A DNA stretch of 64,000 nt from Bacilli bacterium (GTDB lineage: Bacteria; Bacillota_I; Bacilli_A; RF39; UBA660): contig JAZQIU010000006.1 of the NCBI GenBank assembly GCA_045541255.1, forward strand, positions 43,663-107,662. Reading direction: 5' to 3'. Below, one piece after another: positions 38,132 through 48,256 of this stretch (positions are counted from its first letter, which is position 1; every line of letters begins with the position of its first letter). The notes under the pieces are model-generated. The model had not been told where the DNA came from. It searched no databases and saw only the letters and a program-made list of their open reading frames with translations. The position numbers and the translations under genes were made by a program.

Positions 38132-38911
38132 ATGGTGTTAGAAGAATTTGATGAAACTATAAATGCAACATTTGATCCATTTGAAGTTGAAAATGTTATT
38201 GATAATTTTCCAAAAATAGGAGTATCTTGTTTTTCTAAAAATTTATTTGACCAATTGGTAATGATTTTTAATGGAGAGGAAATTGCTTTATCTTCTAATG
38301 GAAATGGTAAATTGTCTGTTTATAAAATCACTTATAATGGAGTGGATATTGCTTTGTTTATGTCAAGGATTGGTGCGTCTGCTTGTGTTGTTCAATATGA
38401 AGAGTTATTTGCAATGGGATTAGAAAAAGTTGTTGTTTTTGGCACATGTGGTGTTTTAGATAAAAATATTAATGATTTAGCTATAATTATTCCATCTTCA
38501 GCTATTCGAGATGAAGGTACTAGTTATCATTATATTCCTTCTTCAAGAGAGATAATAACTAATCCGCTATATAAGGATGAATTTATGAAATTATTAAGTG
38601 AACATAATTATTCATATATAATTGGTAAAACTTGGACTACTGATGCTCCTTATCGTGAAACTAGAAATAAAGTTATTAAAAGAAAATCAGAAGGTTGTAT
38701 TTGTGTAGAAATGGAAGCTTCAGCACTTGCAGCATTAGCAAAATTTCGTAACAAAGAAATTTTCCAATTCTTTTATGCAGCCGATAATTTAGATGCAGCT
38801 AAGTGGGATATGCGTTCTTTAGGGAATACTGAAAAGTTAAGTGATAAGGAAAAGATTGGTTTATTAGCAGTAAAATTTGCGTATAGTTTGTCGAAAATTA
38901 AAAAAGATTAA
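38132..38911 (+). CDS. Nucleoside phosphorylase family protein (PNP/UDP_1 superfamily).
   Basis: Phosphorylase-fold motifs (GVDIALFMSRIGASAC...VVVFGTCG...AIRDEGTSYHY); 259 aa. Confidence 0.5.
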   Translation: MVLEEFDETINATFDPFEVENVIDNFPKIGVSCFSKNLFDQLVMIFNGEEIALSSNGNGKLSVYKITYNGVDIALFMSRIGASACVVQYEELFAMGLEKVVVFGTCGVLDKNINDLAIIIPSSAIRDEGTSYHYIPSSREIITNPLYKDEFMKLLSEHNYSYIIGKTWTTDAPYRETRNKVIKRKSEGCICVEMEASALAALAKFRNKEIFQFFYAADNLDAAKWDMRSLGNTEKLSDKEKIGLLAVKFAYSLSKIKKD

Positions 38912-39028
38912 TATTCTTAAACAAAATAGGTGAGAAGAACCTATTTTTTATTTTATATAAGTATATCAGAAAAATCTAATATATCATTTATTTTTTTAAC
39001 ATAATAAGATTAGGGTGGGTGATATAAA

Positions 39029-39193
39029 ATGACATTTAAGCCTAAGAATACAAAGGTGAAGGTTCCTACTACGTATAAATCTATTTATATTAAAGAGGAA
39101 TTGGTTAAAGAAATAGAAAAGATTGCTAGAGACAACAATACTTCTTTTAATAATGTTGTAATAAGTATGATAGAAGAATGTTTAAAGAAATAG
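39029..39193 (+). CDS. Small ribbon-helix-helix-like DNA-binding protein (54 aa).
   Basis: Manual ORF MTFKPKNTKVKVPTTYKSIYIKEELVKEIEKIARDNNTSFNNVVISMIEECLKK (beta-strand then two helices); RBS AGGGTGGGTGA. Not in the track because it is under 60 aa. Confidence 0.4.
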   Translation: MTFKPKNTKVKVPTTYKSIYIKEELVKEIEKIARDNNTSFNNVVISMIEECLKK

Positions 39194-39201
39194 GTGAGAT
39201 A

Positions 39202-39705
39202 ATGGGACTAAGTGTGTTTAAAGATAATAAAATTGATGATACTGTTTTAGAGCCTAAATTAAGTGAAATTAGAGAAGAAGGAAGAAAAAAAGAATTAGAA
39301 AAAAAAGTTATAGAAATTTGTGAGCACATAATTTTAACTAAAGATTCTTATAGAAAAACAGGGAAAATATTTAATGTTAGTGCAGTAACAGTAAAAGATT
39401 ATTGTGAAAGATTTTCAAAGTTGAAACCTGATAGGTATGAAGAATTAAAAAAGGTTATAAAATCTAATGCAGAACCTACTATTCAAGATGAAAATGTAAG
39501 AGTGAGAGTTTTAGAAAATGCTAAATTATTAGTAAGTGGAAAAACTTTAGAAGAAATCTCTTCAGATACTGGTGTTGAATATTGGGTTGTATATCGTGAT
39601 ATAACAAACAGATTAGAAAAGATTGATAAGGATTTGTATGCTCAAGTTAATATGATTTTAAAATCACGTACTCAAGCTAATTTAAATAGAGGAACAAAAA
39701 AGTAA
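39202..39705 (+). CDS. Tandem SpoIIID-like HTH protein (two SpoIIID-type domains).
   Basis: Both halves match the SpoIIID pattern (K/R-xIxI...TK..R...K.F.VS..TV.KD..ER....PD...E.K.I): KKVIEICEHIILTKDSYRKTGKIFNVSAVTVKDYCERF... and VRVLENAKLLVSGKTLEEISSDTGVEYWVVYRDITNRL... Confidence 0.45.
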   Translation: MGLSVFKDNKIDDTVLEPKLSEIREEGRKKELEKKVIEICEHIILTKDSYRKTGKIFNVSAVTVKDYCERFSKLKPDRYEELKKVIKSNAEPTIQDENVRVRVLENAKLLVSGKTLEEISSDTGVEYWVVYRDITNRLEKIDKDLYAQVNMILKSRTQANLNRGTKK

Positions 39706-39784
39706 TATTAGTTATTACTTTTTTTATTGATTAAATTTACTTTAATCAAATAATTTGATACAATTTTATTAGGAGGGAAATGGA

Positions 39785-40594
39785 ATGAAAGAAAAAAATA
39801 TTAATTATGGGTTAATTATATTTATTGTTATTGTTGTTATATTATTTATTCCTATAATTACAGATTATATTAAAAATCAAAATATTGAAGTATTATCTTC
39901 TAATGAAATATCTGAAAAAATTAAAGCTGATGAAACTTTCTTAGTTTATGTTGGTGATTTAGAAAAAGATACAAAAAAAGAATTAAGAAAAATGAGAGAT
40001 TTAACTAAAACTGACTATTCATATGATTATGGAATATATAATGTAAAAAGTAGTGATGATATTAAAGAAATATTAGGAGAAGATGTAGCAGTTTCTTTAT
40101 ATATTGAAGGAGATTTACAGAAAAATTATACTAAATATGACATAGATAGTTTAAATGAAGATGTAGAAAAATACTTTATAGGAAATTTAACAGAAGAAAA
40201 TAGAGCATATAAAGTTGCAGAGAATTTTAATTCGTTTAAAAAAATAGTAAAATCAGATGAAGTTACAGTAGCTGTATTTGGTAGAGACACATGTTTTTAT
40301 TGTAATAAATTTAAACCAGTATATAATGCTTTAGCTGAAAAATATAATTTAGATATTTATTACTTTGATTCTGATAACTATAATAAAAAAGAATATTCTA
40401 AAATTATTAATATGGATTTAACTGTTCCAGCAAAATGTAATACTGAAGGTGTTGAATTTAAAATGTCTGAAGGTTTCGGGACACCATTGACAATATTTAC
40501 TAAAAAAGGTAAAGTAGTTGATTGTATTAGTGGTTATGTTAATAGAAATTCATTAATAGAAAAATTAAAAAATAATAATCTAATAAGTGAGTGA
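39785..40594 (+). CDS. Membrane-anchored thioredoxin-fold protein (CxxC).
   Basis: N-terminal TM; FGRDTCFYCNKFKP active-site-like CxxC in a Trx-fold context. Confidence 0.45.
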   Translation: MKEKNINYGLIIFIVIVVILFIPIITDYIKNQNIEVLSSNEISEKIKADETFLVYVGDLEKDTKKELRKMRDLTKTDYSYDYGIYNVKSSDDIKEILGEDVAVSLYIEGDLQKNYTKYDIDSLNEDVEKYFIGNLTEENRAYKVAENFNSFKKIVKSDEVTVAVFGRDTCFYCNKFKPVYNALAEKYNLDIYYFDSDNYNKKEYSKIINMDLTVPAKCNTEGVEFKMSEGFGTPLTIFTKKGKVVDCISGYVNRNSLIEKLKNNNLISE

Positions 40595-40598
40595 TAGT

Positions 40599-41057
40599 AT
40601 GGAAAAAACTGTATTTAAAAGTGTAATGGAATTTAAAAAAAGATATCCGTCTACAATAATGTGGAGAGTAAAAAAACATTGTAAAGTTATAGAAAAGCAT
40701 TTAAATCCTAATGAAAAAGTTTTATATGCTTTTGCTGCTCAAAAGAATGAGAGTGCATTACATATATTTGATACTGCTGTTCTATGTGTTACTAGTGATA
40801 GGATATTAATTGGACAAGATCAAATATTATATGGATATACTTTAAATTCAGTAACTCCAGAAATGTATAATGATTTACAAGTTTTATCTGGTATTTTTTG
40901 GGGAAGAATAAGAATAGATACAGTTAAAGAGGTAATAACATTTACTAATTTCCAAAAAAAAGCATTAACTGAAATAGAGTCTATTATATCTATGTATATG
41001 TTAGAAGCTAAAAAGTTGTATCCTAATAAGGAGAAAATAAGTTCTGTTTTAAAATAG
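40599..41057 (+). CDS. Hypothetical protein, bacterial PH-like (bPH_2) fold suspected.
   Basis: Motif SDRILIGQDQILYGYTL resembles YdbT/bPH_2 proteins; weak. Confidence 0.3.
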   Translation: MEKTVFKSVMEFKKRYPSTIMWRVKKHCKVIEKHLNPNEKVLYAFAAQKNESALHIFDTAVLCVTSDRILIGQDQILYGYTLNSVTPEMYNDLQVLSGIFWGRIRIDTVKEVITFTNFQKKALTEIESIISMYMLEAKKLYPNKEKISSVLK

Positions 41058-41101
41058 AACTTTTTTTAATTATTTTTAATATATTATTAATAGGTGATAT
41101 T

Positions 41102-41407
41102 ATGAATAATTCTATGTATGATAATTATATTATAAAGAAAGGTGATACTTTATTTGGTATTAGTAAACAATATAATGTAAATCCTGAACTATTATCTTTA
41201 ATTAATGGTTTAAATATGAATGATTATATTTATGAGAATCAAGAAATTTTAATTCCTAAAAGTGGTTATAGTTATTATTTAACAAAGAGTGGAGATAGTT
41301 TGAATGGGGTTATGAAGTTGTTTAATGTGGATTATAATAATTTTTCTAAAGTTAATAGTAATATTCTTTTAGAAGAAGGACAATTATTAGCGTATAAAAG
41401 ATTATAG
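41102..41407 (+). CDS. Tandem LysM-domain protein (101 aa).
   Basis: Two LysM repeats: YIIKKGDTLFGISKQYNVNPELLSLINGL and YYLTKSGDSLNGVMKLFNV. Confidence 0.7.
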   Translation: MNNSMYDNYIIKKGDTLFGISKQYNVNPELLSLINGLNMNDYIYENQEILIPKSGYSYYLTKSGDSLNGVMKLFNVDYNNFSKVNSNILLEEGQLLAYKRL

Positions 41408-41470
41408 AAATATATCTTTTTTTTTGATATACTATCTATATAATAAAAGACTATATAAAGTGGTGATATT

Positions 41471-43033
41471 ATGGTATTTAAAAAACCTTATGCTTTTTTA
41501 ATAAAACATTTTAAATTAATAAATTTATTATTAGTATTTTTATTATCATATTTATGTTATAAATTAAGTTTGTTAAGGACTGTTATTGTTGATATATATA
41601 GTGGAAATATTACTAATTATAGTTCTTTAAGTTCAACCTATATTGGTTTTAAATTATATTTGGTATTAACAATTATAGGTGTTATTTTAGTTGGAATATT
41701 TTTGTTGTTAAAAAAGAAAGACAAACCTTTAAAAGATTATTTATTTTCATTACTTTATTTGGTGGTTGTATTTATATATTTAATGTTTGTTGGTAGTGTA
41801 TTTGTTACGTTAGATGAAACTATAGTAGAACAAACAAGTTTGAAATTGTATACTGATATTGCATTTTTAATAATTCTTCCACTAATATATTTTATTGTTA
41901 AATTCTTTTTAATGGGTATTGGTTTTAATTTAAGTAAATTTAATTTCAGTAAAGATATGTTGGAATTAAAACAAGAAGAAAAAGATAATGAAGAAGTAGA
42001 ATTAGTATTTGATAAAAATACATATAAATATAAACGAGGAATTAGAAAATGGTTTAGAGAATTAAAGTACTATTTTTTAGAAAATAAATTTTTGATTACA
42101 ATCATATTAGGAATAGTTGGATTAATATTAGGTGTTACATTATTTAGTTTTAAATTTTTAAATTCTAATAAAGTTAGAGTAGGTGAGAATTTCACTGCTG
42201 GTACTTTTCAATATAAAGTTGTAGATATGTATGAAACCAGGTATGATTTAAATAATAATATTGTACAAGATGGAAGTAAGTTTGTAATTGCAAGTATAAA
42301 TGTTAGAAATATATCTACAGAAAGTTCTTCTATTGATTTTAAGAGAATTAGATTGTTATTTGGTGAAGATTATGTTTATGCAAATAATTATTTTAATAAA
42401 TTTTTTCAAGATTTAGGGAATATTTATAATAATGAATATATAAAATCGAATGACTTAAAAAACTATTTATTTATTTTTAAGGTTCCATCTAATTATAAAT
42501 CTAAAAAATATGTGTTAAAATTTTATGATAGGGTATCAATAGAAAATGAAGAATTTATTGGAAGCTATAAAGAAGTTTCAATAAAAGCTGATAATCTTGA
42601 TAAAAATAAAAATGAAAAAAATTTAAATTTGAATGAAAATACTATATTTAATAAAAAAAATTATGGAAAATCTAATTTAACTTTGATTGATTATGATATT
42701 AAAAATAGTTATATTAATAAAGAAAAAGATAAAACTATGATAATTAGAGATAAGGATATAAACAATGTATTATTAATACTTGATTATAAGTTGGAGTTAG
42801 ATAGTAAAGTTGATTTAAAAAATTATTTTGCTGATTCTAAAGACTTTTTTAATAAATATTCAACCATTGAATATACTTATAATGATAGAAACAAAGTTAT
42901 AAATAATGTTAATGTGCTTGCTGATATTAATAATAAAGCAATGATTTCAGTTCCTTATGAAATTCAAAACGCAACTAACATAAAATTTATTTTGAATTTT
43001 AGAGACGTTAAAATAATATTTAATTTAAAATAG
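41471..43033 (+). CDS. Polytopic membrane protein with a C-terminal extracytoplasmic domain (DUF4352-like).
   Basis: About 6 TM helices in the N-terminal 230 aa; C-terminal beta-rich domain. Confidence 0.4.
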   Translation: MVFKKPYAFLIKHFKLINLLLVFLLSYLCYKLSLLRTVIVDIYSGNITNYSSLSSTYIGFKLYLVLTIIGVILVGIFLLLKKKDKPLKDYLFSLLYLVVVFIYLMFVGSVFVTLDETIVEQTSLKLYTDIAFLIILPLIYFIVKFFLMGIGFNLSKFNFSKDMLELKQEEKDNEEVELVFDKNTYKYKRGIRKWFRELKYYFLENKFLITIILGIVGLILGVTLFSFKFLNSNKVRVGENFTAGTFQYKVVDMYETRYDLNNNIVQDGSKFVIASINVRNISTESSSIDFKRIRLLFGEDYVYANNYFNKFFQDLGNIYNNEYIKSNDLKNYLFIFKVPSNYKSKKYVLKFYDRVSIENEEFIGSYKEVSIKADNLDKNKNEKNLNLNENTIFNKKNYGKSNLTLIDYDIKNSYINKEKDKTMIIRDKDINNVLLILDYKLELDSKVDLKNYFADSKDFFNKYSTIEYTYNDRNKVINNVNVLADINNKAMISVPYEIQNATNIKFILNFRDVKIIFNLK

Positions 43034-43084
43034 TTCTTGATTTATATAAGTTATGTGATATAATAGTTGCATAACTTGTGTGAT

Positions 43085-43158
43085 GGATCCATAGCCAAGT
43101 GGTAAGGCGTGGGACTGCAACTCCCTGATCGTTGGTTCAAATCCGACTGGGTCCTCCA
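43085..43158 (+). tRNA. tRNA-Cys (anticodon GCA).
   Basis: GGAUCCA acceptor pairs with UGGGUCC (one G·U); D-arm AUAGCCAAGUGGUAAGGC identical to B. subtilis tRNA-Cys; anticodon loop CUGCAAC; T-loop GUUCAAAUC; encoded CCA. Confidence 0.85.
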
Positions 43159-43165
43159 AAAATGA

Positions 43166-43200
43166 AATAAACTCTTCAAATAAAATTGAAGAGTTTTTAT
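43166..43200 (+). terminator. tRNA-Cys terminator.
   Basis: aaactcttcaa-ataaaa-ttgaagagttt followed by TTATATT. Confidence 0.6.
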
Positions 43201-43364
43201 ATTAAGGAAGGTTAGTATTTATTATAAATATATAATTTTTTAATATAAATCTTTAAATATTTGTTTTTAATTTAATGTAAATAGTAATGTGTTATTTTGT
43301 AAGTTGAAATAATTAAAAAAATATATTATAGTGTTTATATAATTTTTTTATTGTGAGGTATTTT

Positions 43365-44060
43365 ATGTCAAAGTTTTTAATATTTATTTTTATATTTTTT
43401 ATTGGTAGCATTCTAGGTTATATATTGGAATTATTTTATAGAAGAATTGTTGGTGGTAAATGGGTTAACCCTGGATTTTTAATTGGACCATACTTACCTA
43501 TTTATGGTTTTGGATTGTGTACTTTGACTGGAATATATATAATATTTTCTAGATTAACTATAAATCCAATTTTAATTATTCTTTTAATGGGATTATGTAT
43601 GACAATTATAGAATTAATTGGTGGTTTGTTTTTTATTAAGGCAGGCGCTGTTAAGCTTTGGGATTATAGTAATTTAAAAGGGAATTATAGAGGTATAATT
43701 TGTCCTCAATTTTCTATAATTTGGACTTTATTAGGGGCGTTATATTATTATTTTTTAGCAAGTAGTATTTTGAAGGCTTTAGTTTGGTTCTCTAATAATT
43801 TATCATTTTCTTTTATACTAGGCATATTTTTTGGAGTAATTGTTGTGGATTATGTATATTCGACTAAAACTTTTGTTAAGATAAGAAAATTTGCTAAGAA
43901 TAATAATTTTATTATCAGATATGAAGAGTTAAAAAAACATATAAAAGAAATACAAGAGAAAAATAAAGATAAATATTCTTTTTTGTTTCCATTTAAACAA
44001 AATAGAAATTTATTAGATTATTTAGATGCTTATAATAAAAAAATTAGAAAGAGAAAGTAA
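43365..44060 (+). CDS. Polytopic membrane protein (putative type IV ABC-transporter-like/CmpB-like).
   Basis: 6-7 TM helices; basic C-terminal tail; RBS GTGAGGT. Confidence 0.35.
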   Translation: MSKFLIFIFIFFIGSILGYILELFYRRIVGGKWVNPGFLIGPYLPIYGFGLCTLTGIYIIFSRLTINPILIILLMGLCMTIIELIGGLFFIKAGAVKLWDYSNLKGNYRGIICPQFSIIWTLLGALYYYFLASSILKALVWFSNNLSFSFILGIFFGVIVVDYVYSTKTFVKIRKFAKNNNFIIRYEELKKHIKEIQEKNKDKYSFLFPFKQNRNLLDYLDAYNKKIRKRK

Positions 44061-44217
44061 ATTTGTTGCTTCGCTCTATTTTTGTAATAGTTTTTTTATT
44101 ATATTAAATTTTAGTAAGTTTTATATTTTTGAAGAAGTGTTAGAAAATTTTTATTGTATTTTTTTTATAAATAGGATATAATTTAATTAGTAATCATTAC
44201 TGATAAGGGGTGATTCT

Positions 44218-44586
44218 TTGAGAAATACTAGACAAAAAGATTTAGTATATAATGTAGTAACTTCAAGCTGTTGTCATTTGACTGCAGATGAAGTTTATAA
44301 TGAATGTATTAAATCTATACCTAATATAAGTTTAGGAACTGTGTATAGAAATTTAAATAGTTTAGTAACTTCAAAAAAAATTAAACGAATTAAAATGCCT
44401 AATAATATAGATAGATTTGATAAGACTATTATTCATTCACATATTATATGTAATAAATGTGGAAGAATAGATGATGTATTTTTAAATTATGATATAGAAT
44501 TACCAGAATTATTAGAATATGATGTAATTGATTACGATTTATGCTTTAATGGCATTTGTAATAATTGTAGAGATGGGAGAAATTAA
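44218..44586 (+). CDS. perR: Fur-family metalloregulator, likely PerR (TTG start).
   Basis: Two CxxC pairs (CNKCG...CNNC) plus a His-rich metal site (HSHII); adjacent rubrerythrin gene. Confidence 0.7.
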   Translation: MRNTRQKDLVYNVVTSSCCHLTADEVYNECIKSIPNISLGTVYRNLNSLVTSKKIKRIKMPNNIDRFDKTIIHSHIICNKCGRIDDVFLNYDIELPELLEYDVIDYDLCFNGICNNCRDGRN

Positions 44587-44587
44587 A

Positions 44588-45127
44588 ATGGAATTAAAAG
44601 GATCAAAAACAGAAGCAAATTTAATGGCTGCGTTTGCTGGAGAAAGTCAAGCAAGAAACAAATATACTTATTATGCATCAAAAGCAAAAAAAGATGGTTA
44701 TGAACAAATAGCAGCAATATTTGAAGAAACTGCAAATAATGAAAAAGAACATGCTAAAATGTGGTTTAAAGAATTACATGGAGGTTCTGTTCCAACAACT
44801 ATGGAAAATTTAGTTGATGCTGCTAATGGCGAAAATTATGAATGGACAGATATGTATGCTGAATTTGCTCAAACTGCTCGTGAAGAAGGTTTTGATAGAA
44901 TAGCAACTTTATTTGAAGGCGTTGCTGCTATTGAAAAAGAACATGAAGAAAGATATAGAAAATTAATTGAAAATATTGAAGGTGGATTAGTATTTAGTCG
45001 TGATGGAGATAAAATTTGGCAATGTAGAAATTGTGGACATATTTGTATAGGTAAAGAAGCTCCAGAAATGTGTCCTGTATGTGCTCATCCAAAAGCATAC
45101 TTTGAAATAAAGAAAGAAAACTATTAA
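44588..45127 (+). CDS. rbr: Rubrerythrin (ferritin-like di-iron domain plus C-terminal rubredoxin-like CxxC...CxxC). Start moved to MELKGSK.
   Basis: ExxH di-iron motifs ([10 protein letters not shown]; [10 protein letters not shown]); C-terminal CRNCGHIC...CPVCAHP. Confidence 0.85.
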   Translation: MELKGSKTEANLMAAFAGESQARNKYTYYASKAKKDGYEQIAAIFEETANNEKEHAKMWFKELHGGSVPTTMENLVDAANGENYEWTDMYAEFAQTAREEGFDRIATLFEGVAAIEKEHEERYRKLIENIEGGLVFSRDGDKIWQCRNCGHICIGKEAPEMCPVCAHPKAYFEIKKENY

Positions 45128-45202
45128 TAAAGTGATATATATCACTTTTTTTCTTGTTAAAAATATATTTATATGTTAGATTTAATTAAGTGGTGATTTT
45201 TT

Positions 45203-46786
45203 ATGTTGAAAGTTAGCAATTTAGAGTTAAGATTTACAACTAAAGTATTATTTCAAAATGTAAATTTAGAATTTAGTGGAGATAATTGTTATGGAATTAT
45301 TGGAGCTAATGGAGCAGGAAAAAGTACTTTTTTAAAAATATTAGATGGTAGAATAGAATCTACTAAGGGTGAGGTTATTCTTGGTAAGGGTGAAAGAATA
45401 TCAACTTTAGTTCAAAATCATAATGAGTATGATGAATATAATGTAATTGATACTGTTATTATGGGAAATAAAGAATTATATAGTATTATGCAAGAAAAGG
45501 ATGCTATTTATTCTAAATTAGATTTTACTAATGAAGATGGTATGCGTGCTGCTGTTTTAGAAGAAAAATTTGCTGATATGGATGGTTGGAATGCTGAAAG
45601 TGATGCAGAAAAATTATTGAATGGTTTAGGTGTAGATAAATCATTATTTAGTTTAAAAATGAGCGAACTTAAGGATTCTGATAAAGTTAAAGTTTTATTA
45701 GCAAGTGCTTTATTTGGTGAGCCTGATGTACTTCTTTTAGATGAACCTACTAATGGATTAGATATAAAAAGCAAAATGTGGTTAGAAGAGTTTTTAATTA
45801 ATTTTAAAAATACTGTTTTAGTTGTTAGTCATGATAGAGCATTCTTAAATAAAGTTTGTACTCATATGGTTGATATAGATTATGAAAAAATTACTATGTT
45901 TGTTGGCAATTATGATTTTTGGTATAAATCTAGTCAGTTAATACAAAAACAAATGAAAGATTCTAATAAGAAAAAAGAAGAAAAGATTAAAGAATTAGAA
46001 GATTTTATTAGAAGATTTAGTGCAAATGCTAGTAAAAGTAAACAGGCTACTAGTAGAAAGAAAGCTTTGGAAAAGATTCAATTAGATGAAATAAAAGCAA
46101 GTAGTAGAAAATATCCTTATATTAATTTTGATTTAGAACGTGAATTAGGTAACGATGTTATTATCGTAGATAATGTATGTTATAAAGATATTTTACATAA
46201 TGTTAGATTTGTATTAAGAAAAGGAGATAAGATAGGACTTATTGGGAATAATGAAATAGCTAAGACGACTTTATTAAATATATTAAGCGGAGAGTTAAAG
46301 CCGGATAGTGGAGAAATAAAGGTTGGTACTACAGTAAAAATTTCTTATTATGAAAAGAATCATGATAAATACTTTGATAAAAATATAGATATGATGGAAT
46401 GGCTAAGACAATTTAGCGAAAGTACAGATGATACTTTTATTAGAGGGTTCTTAGGGAGAATGTTGTTTTCTGGAGATGAAGTATTTAAAAAAATTGGGGT
46501 TTTATCGGGAGGAGAAAAGGTTCGTTTAATGTTTTCTAAAGTAATGTTAAATCACGGGAATGTGTTATTAATGGATGAACCTACAAATCACTTAGATATA
46601 GAAAGTATTACAGCTTTAAATGAAGGTTTAGAAAGATATAAAAGTTCTTTAATTATAAGTACATTTGATGAAGAGATAATAAATACTGTATGTAATAGAT
46701 TAATAGAAATCAAAAAAGATGGAACTATTCGTGATAAAGAAATTAGTTATGAAGAATATATAGAAAAATTTGGTTTAGAAAGTTAA
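45203..46786 (+). CDS. ABC-F family ATPase (two ABC domains, no TMD).
   Basis: Domain 1 Walker A GANGAGKST, signature and Walker B LLLDEPTNGLD. Domain 2 signature LSGGEKVRL and Walker B LLMDEPTNHLD, but a degenerate P-loop GNNEIAKTT. Confidence 0.85.
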   Translation: MLKVSNLELRFTTKVLFQNVNLEFSGDNCYGIIGANGAGKSTFLKILDGRIESTKGEVILGKGERISTLVQNHNEYDEYNVIDTVIMGNKELYSIMQEKDAIYSKLDFTNEDGMRAAVLEEKFADMDGWNAESDAEKLLNGLGVDKSLFSLKMSELKDSDKVKVLLASALFGEPDVLLLDEPTNGLDIKSKMWLEEFLINFKNTVLVVSHDRAFLNKVCTHMVDIDYEKITMFVGNYDFWYKSSQLIQKQMKDSNKKKEEKIKELEDFIRRFSANASKSKQATSRKKALEKIQLDEIKASSRKYPYINFDLERELGNDVIIVDNVCYKDILHNVRFVLRKGDKIGLIGNNEIAKTTLLNILSGELKPDSGEIKVGTTVKISYYEKNHDKYFDKNIDMMEWLRQFSESTDDTFIRGFLGRMLFSGDEVFKKIGVLSGGEKVRLMFSKVMLNHGNVLLMDEPTNHLDIESITALNEGLERYKSSLIISTFDEEIINTVCNRLIEIKKDGTIRDKEISYEEYIEKFGLES

Positions 46787-46851
46787 TTTAATAAATTGAC
46801 TTTTTTTGTATATTATTTTATAATTTGTTTTATGTTTATGGGGTGAATTAT

Positions 46852-47697
46852 ATGTTAGATATAATAATTGATACTTTATTAGATGGGTTAAAATTGATTC
46901 CATTTTTATTTGTGGCATTTTTAATAATAGAATTATTGGAACATAAATTTAATAACAAAACAAAAAATCTTATAAAGAAATCAGGGAAATTTGGTCCTAT
47001 TATAGGAAGTGTTTTAGGTTTATTTCCTCAATGCGGTTTTTCTGTAGTAGCAACTAATTTTTATATAACACGTGTTATTTCTATAGGAACTTTGTTTGCA
47101 ATTTATCTTTCTACTAGTGATGAAATGTTGCCTATTATGTTAAGTGAGGGAGTTTCTTTTAAAACAATTATATTAATTTTATTTATAAAGTTTATGTGTG
47201 GTTGTATATTTGGATTATTAATTGATAAATTAATTAGAAGAAAGAATTTAAAAATAGAATATAATTATCATATGTGCGATGAGGAGCATTGTGATTGTGA
47301 TCATAGTATTTTTAAGTCTAGTATAAAACATACTTTTAATACATTATTATTTGTTATAATCATTTCTTTCATAATAAATATTTTATTTGAATTTTTAGGC
47401 GTTAATTTAATAAGCAAAATATTTATGAAAGATAATTTGTTTGGTCCTTTTGTTGGATCGTTGATAGGTTTAATACCTAATTGTGGTGCTAGTATTGCAA
47501 TAACTGAATTATTTTTAAAAGGTGCAATTAATTTAGGAACTTGTATATCTGGATTATTAACTGGTAGTGGAGTTGCTTTAATTATTTTATTTAAAACTAA
47601 TAAAAATATTAAAGAAAATATTTTTGTTGTATCAACTTTATATTTGATTGGAGTGCTTGTTGGTATATTTATAGAGTTTATAAGTATACTAATATAA
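46852..47697 (+). CDS. Two-repeat permease of the ArsP/DUF318 (YraQ) family.
   Basis: Repeated GLFPQCGFS and GLIPNCGAS motifs; internal HCDCDH metal site; about 8 TM helices. Confidence 0.55.
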   Translation: MLDIIIDTLLDGLKLIPFLFVAFLIIELLEHKFNNKTKNLIKKSGKFGPIIGSVLGLFPQCGFSVVATNFYITRVISIGTLFAIYLSTSDEMLPIMLSEGVSFKTIILILFIKFMCGCIFGLLIDKLIRRKNLKIEYNYHMCDEEHCDCDHSIFKSSIKHTFNTLLFVIIISFIINILFEFLGVNLISKIFMKDNLFGPFVGSLIGLIPNCGASIAITELFLKGAINLGTCISGLLTGSGVALIILFKTNKNIKENIFVVSTLYLIGVLVGIFIEFISILI

Positions 47698-47794
47698 AGT
47701 ACTTTTTTTATTTATAAATTTTTATATTTTAGCACTTAGGGTTGACAAGTGCTAAAATGGTGGTATAATTAAATTATGAAAGGAAGAGAGATAT

Positions 47795-48187
47795 ATGAGT
47801 TTGATACCTAGACAATATTTTTTAGATGATTTTTTTGAAGATTTTGTTACACATAAAGATAATTCTATGATGAAGTGTGATATTTATGAAAAAGATGGTA
47901 ATTATAATATAGAAGTTGATTTACCAGGCTTTGATAAAAAAGATATTAAATTAGAATGTAAAAATGGTTATTTATCTATAACTGCAAAAAGAGAAAAAAC
48001 AGAAGAAAGCAATGATAAAAATTATATAAAAAAAGAAAGAAGTTATGGTGAATATACTAGAACATTCTATTTAGGTGAAATAAATACTAATTTAATAGAA
48101 GCTAAATTTAATAATGGTACTTTGTGTATAACTGTTCCAAAAGAAGAAAAACAAGATAATAAAACTGTTATTGAAATAAGTGAATAA
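47795..48187 (+). CDS. Hsp20/alpha-crystallin small heat-shock protein.
   Basis: Alpha-crystallin domain (DIYEKDGNYNIEVDLPGFDKKDIKLE...LSITAKRE...GTLCITVPK). Confidence 0.8.
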   Translation: MSLIPRQYFLDDFFEDFVTHKDNSMMKCDIYEKDGNYNIEVDLPGFDKKDIKLECKNGYLSITAKREKTEESNDKNYIKKERSYGEYTRTFYLGEINTNLIEAKFNNGTLCITVPKEEKQDNKTVIEISE

Positions 48188-48256
48188 AGGGAGTTTTCCC
48201 TTTTTAATTTGCAAAATATAAAAAATATATTATAATTTATGTGTGGTGATAATTTA

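Noticed and set aside
38050-43084. Genomic island integrated at the ssrA 3' end.
   Set aside because: I looked for a repeat of the tmRNA 3' end (…TTCTCACCGGCTCCACCA) near tRNA-Cys and found none. No integrase or recombinase gene is present. Kept only as a low-interest note.
47036-47052. Palindrome ATAACACGTGTTAT with a CACGTG core inside the ArsP-like permease gene, considered as a third parS.
   Set aside because: The flanks do not match the parS arms (GTTTCAC/GTGAAAC) and it lies in coding sequence, so it is probably a chance palindrome.
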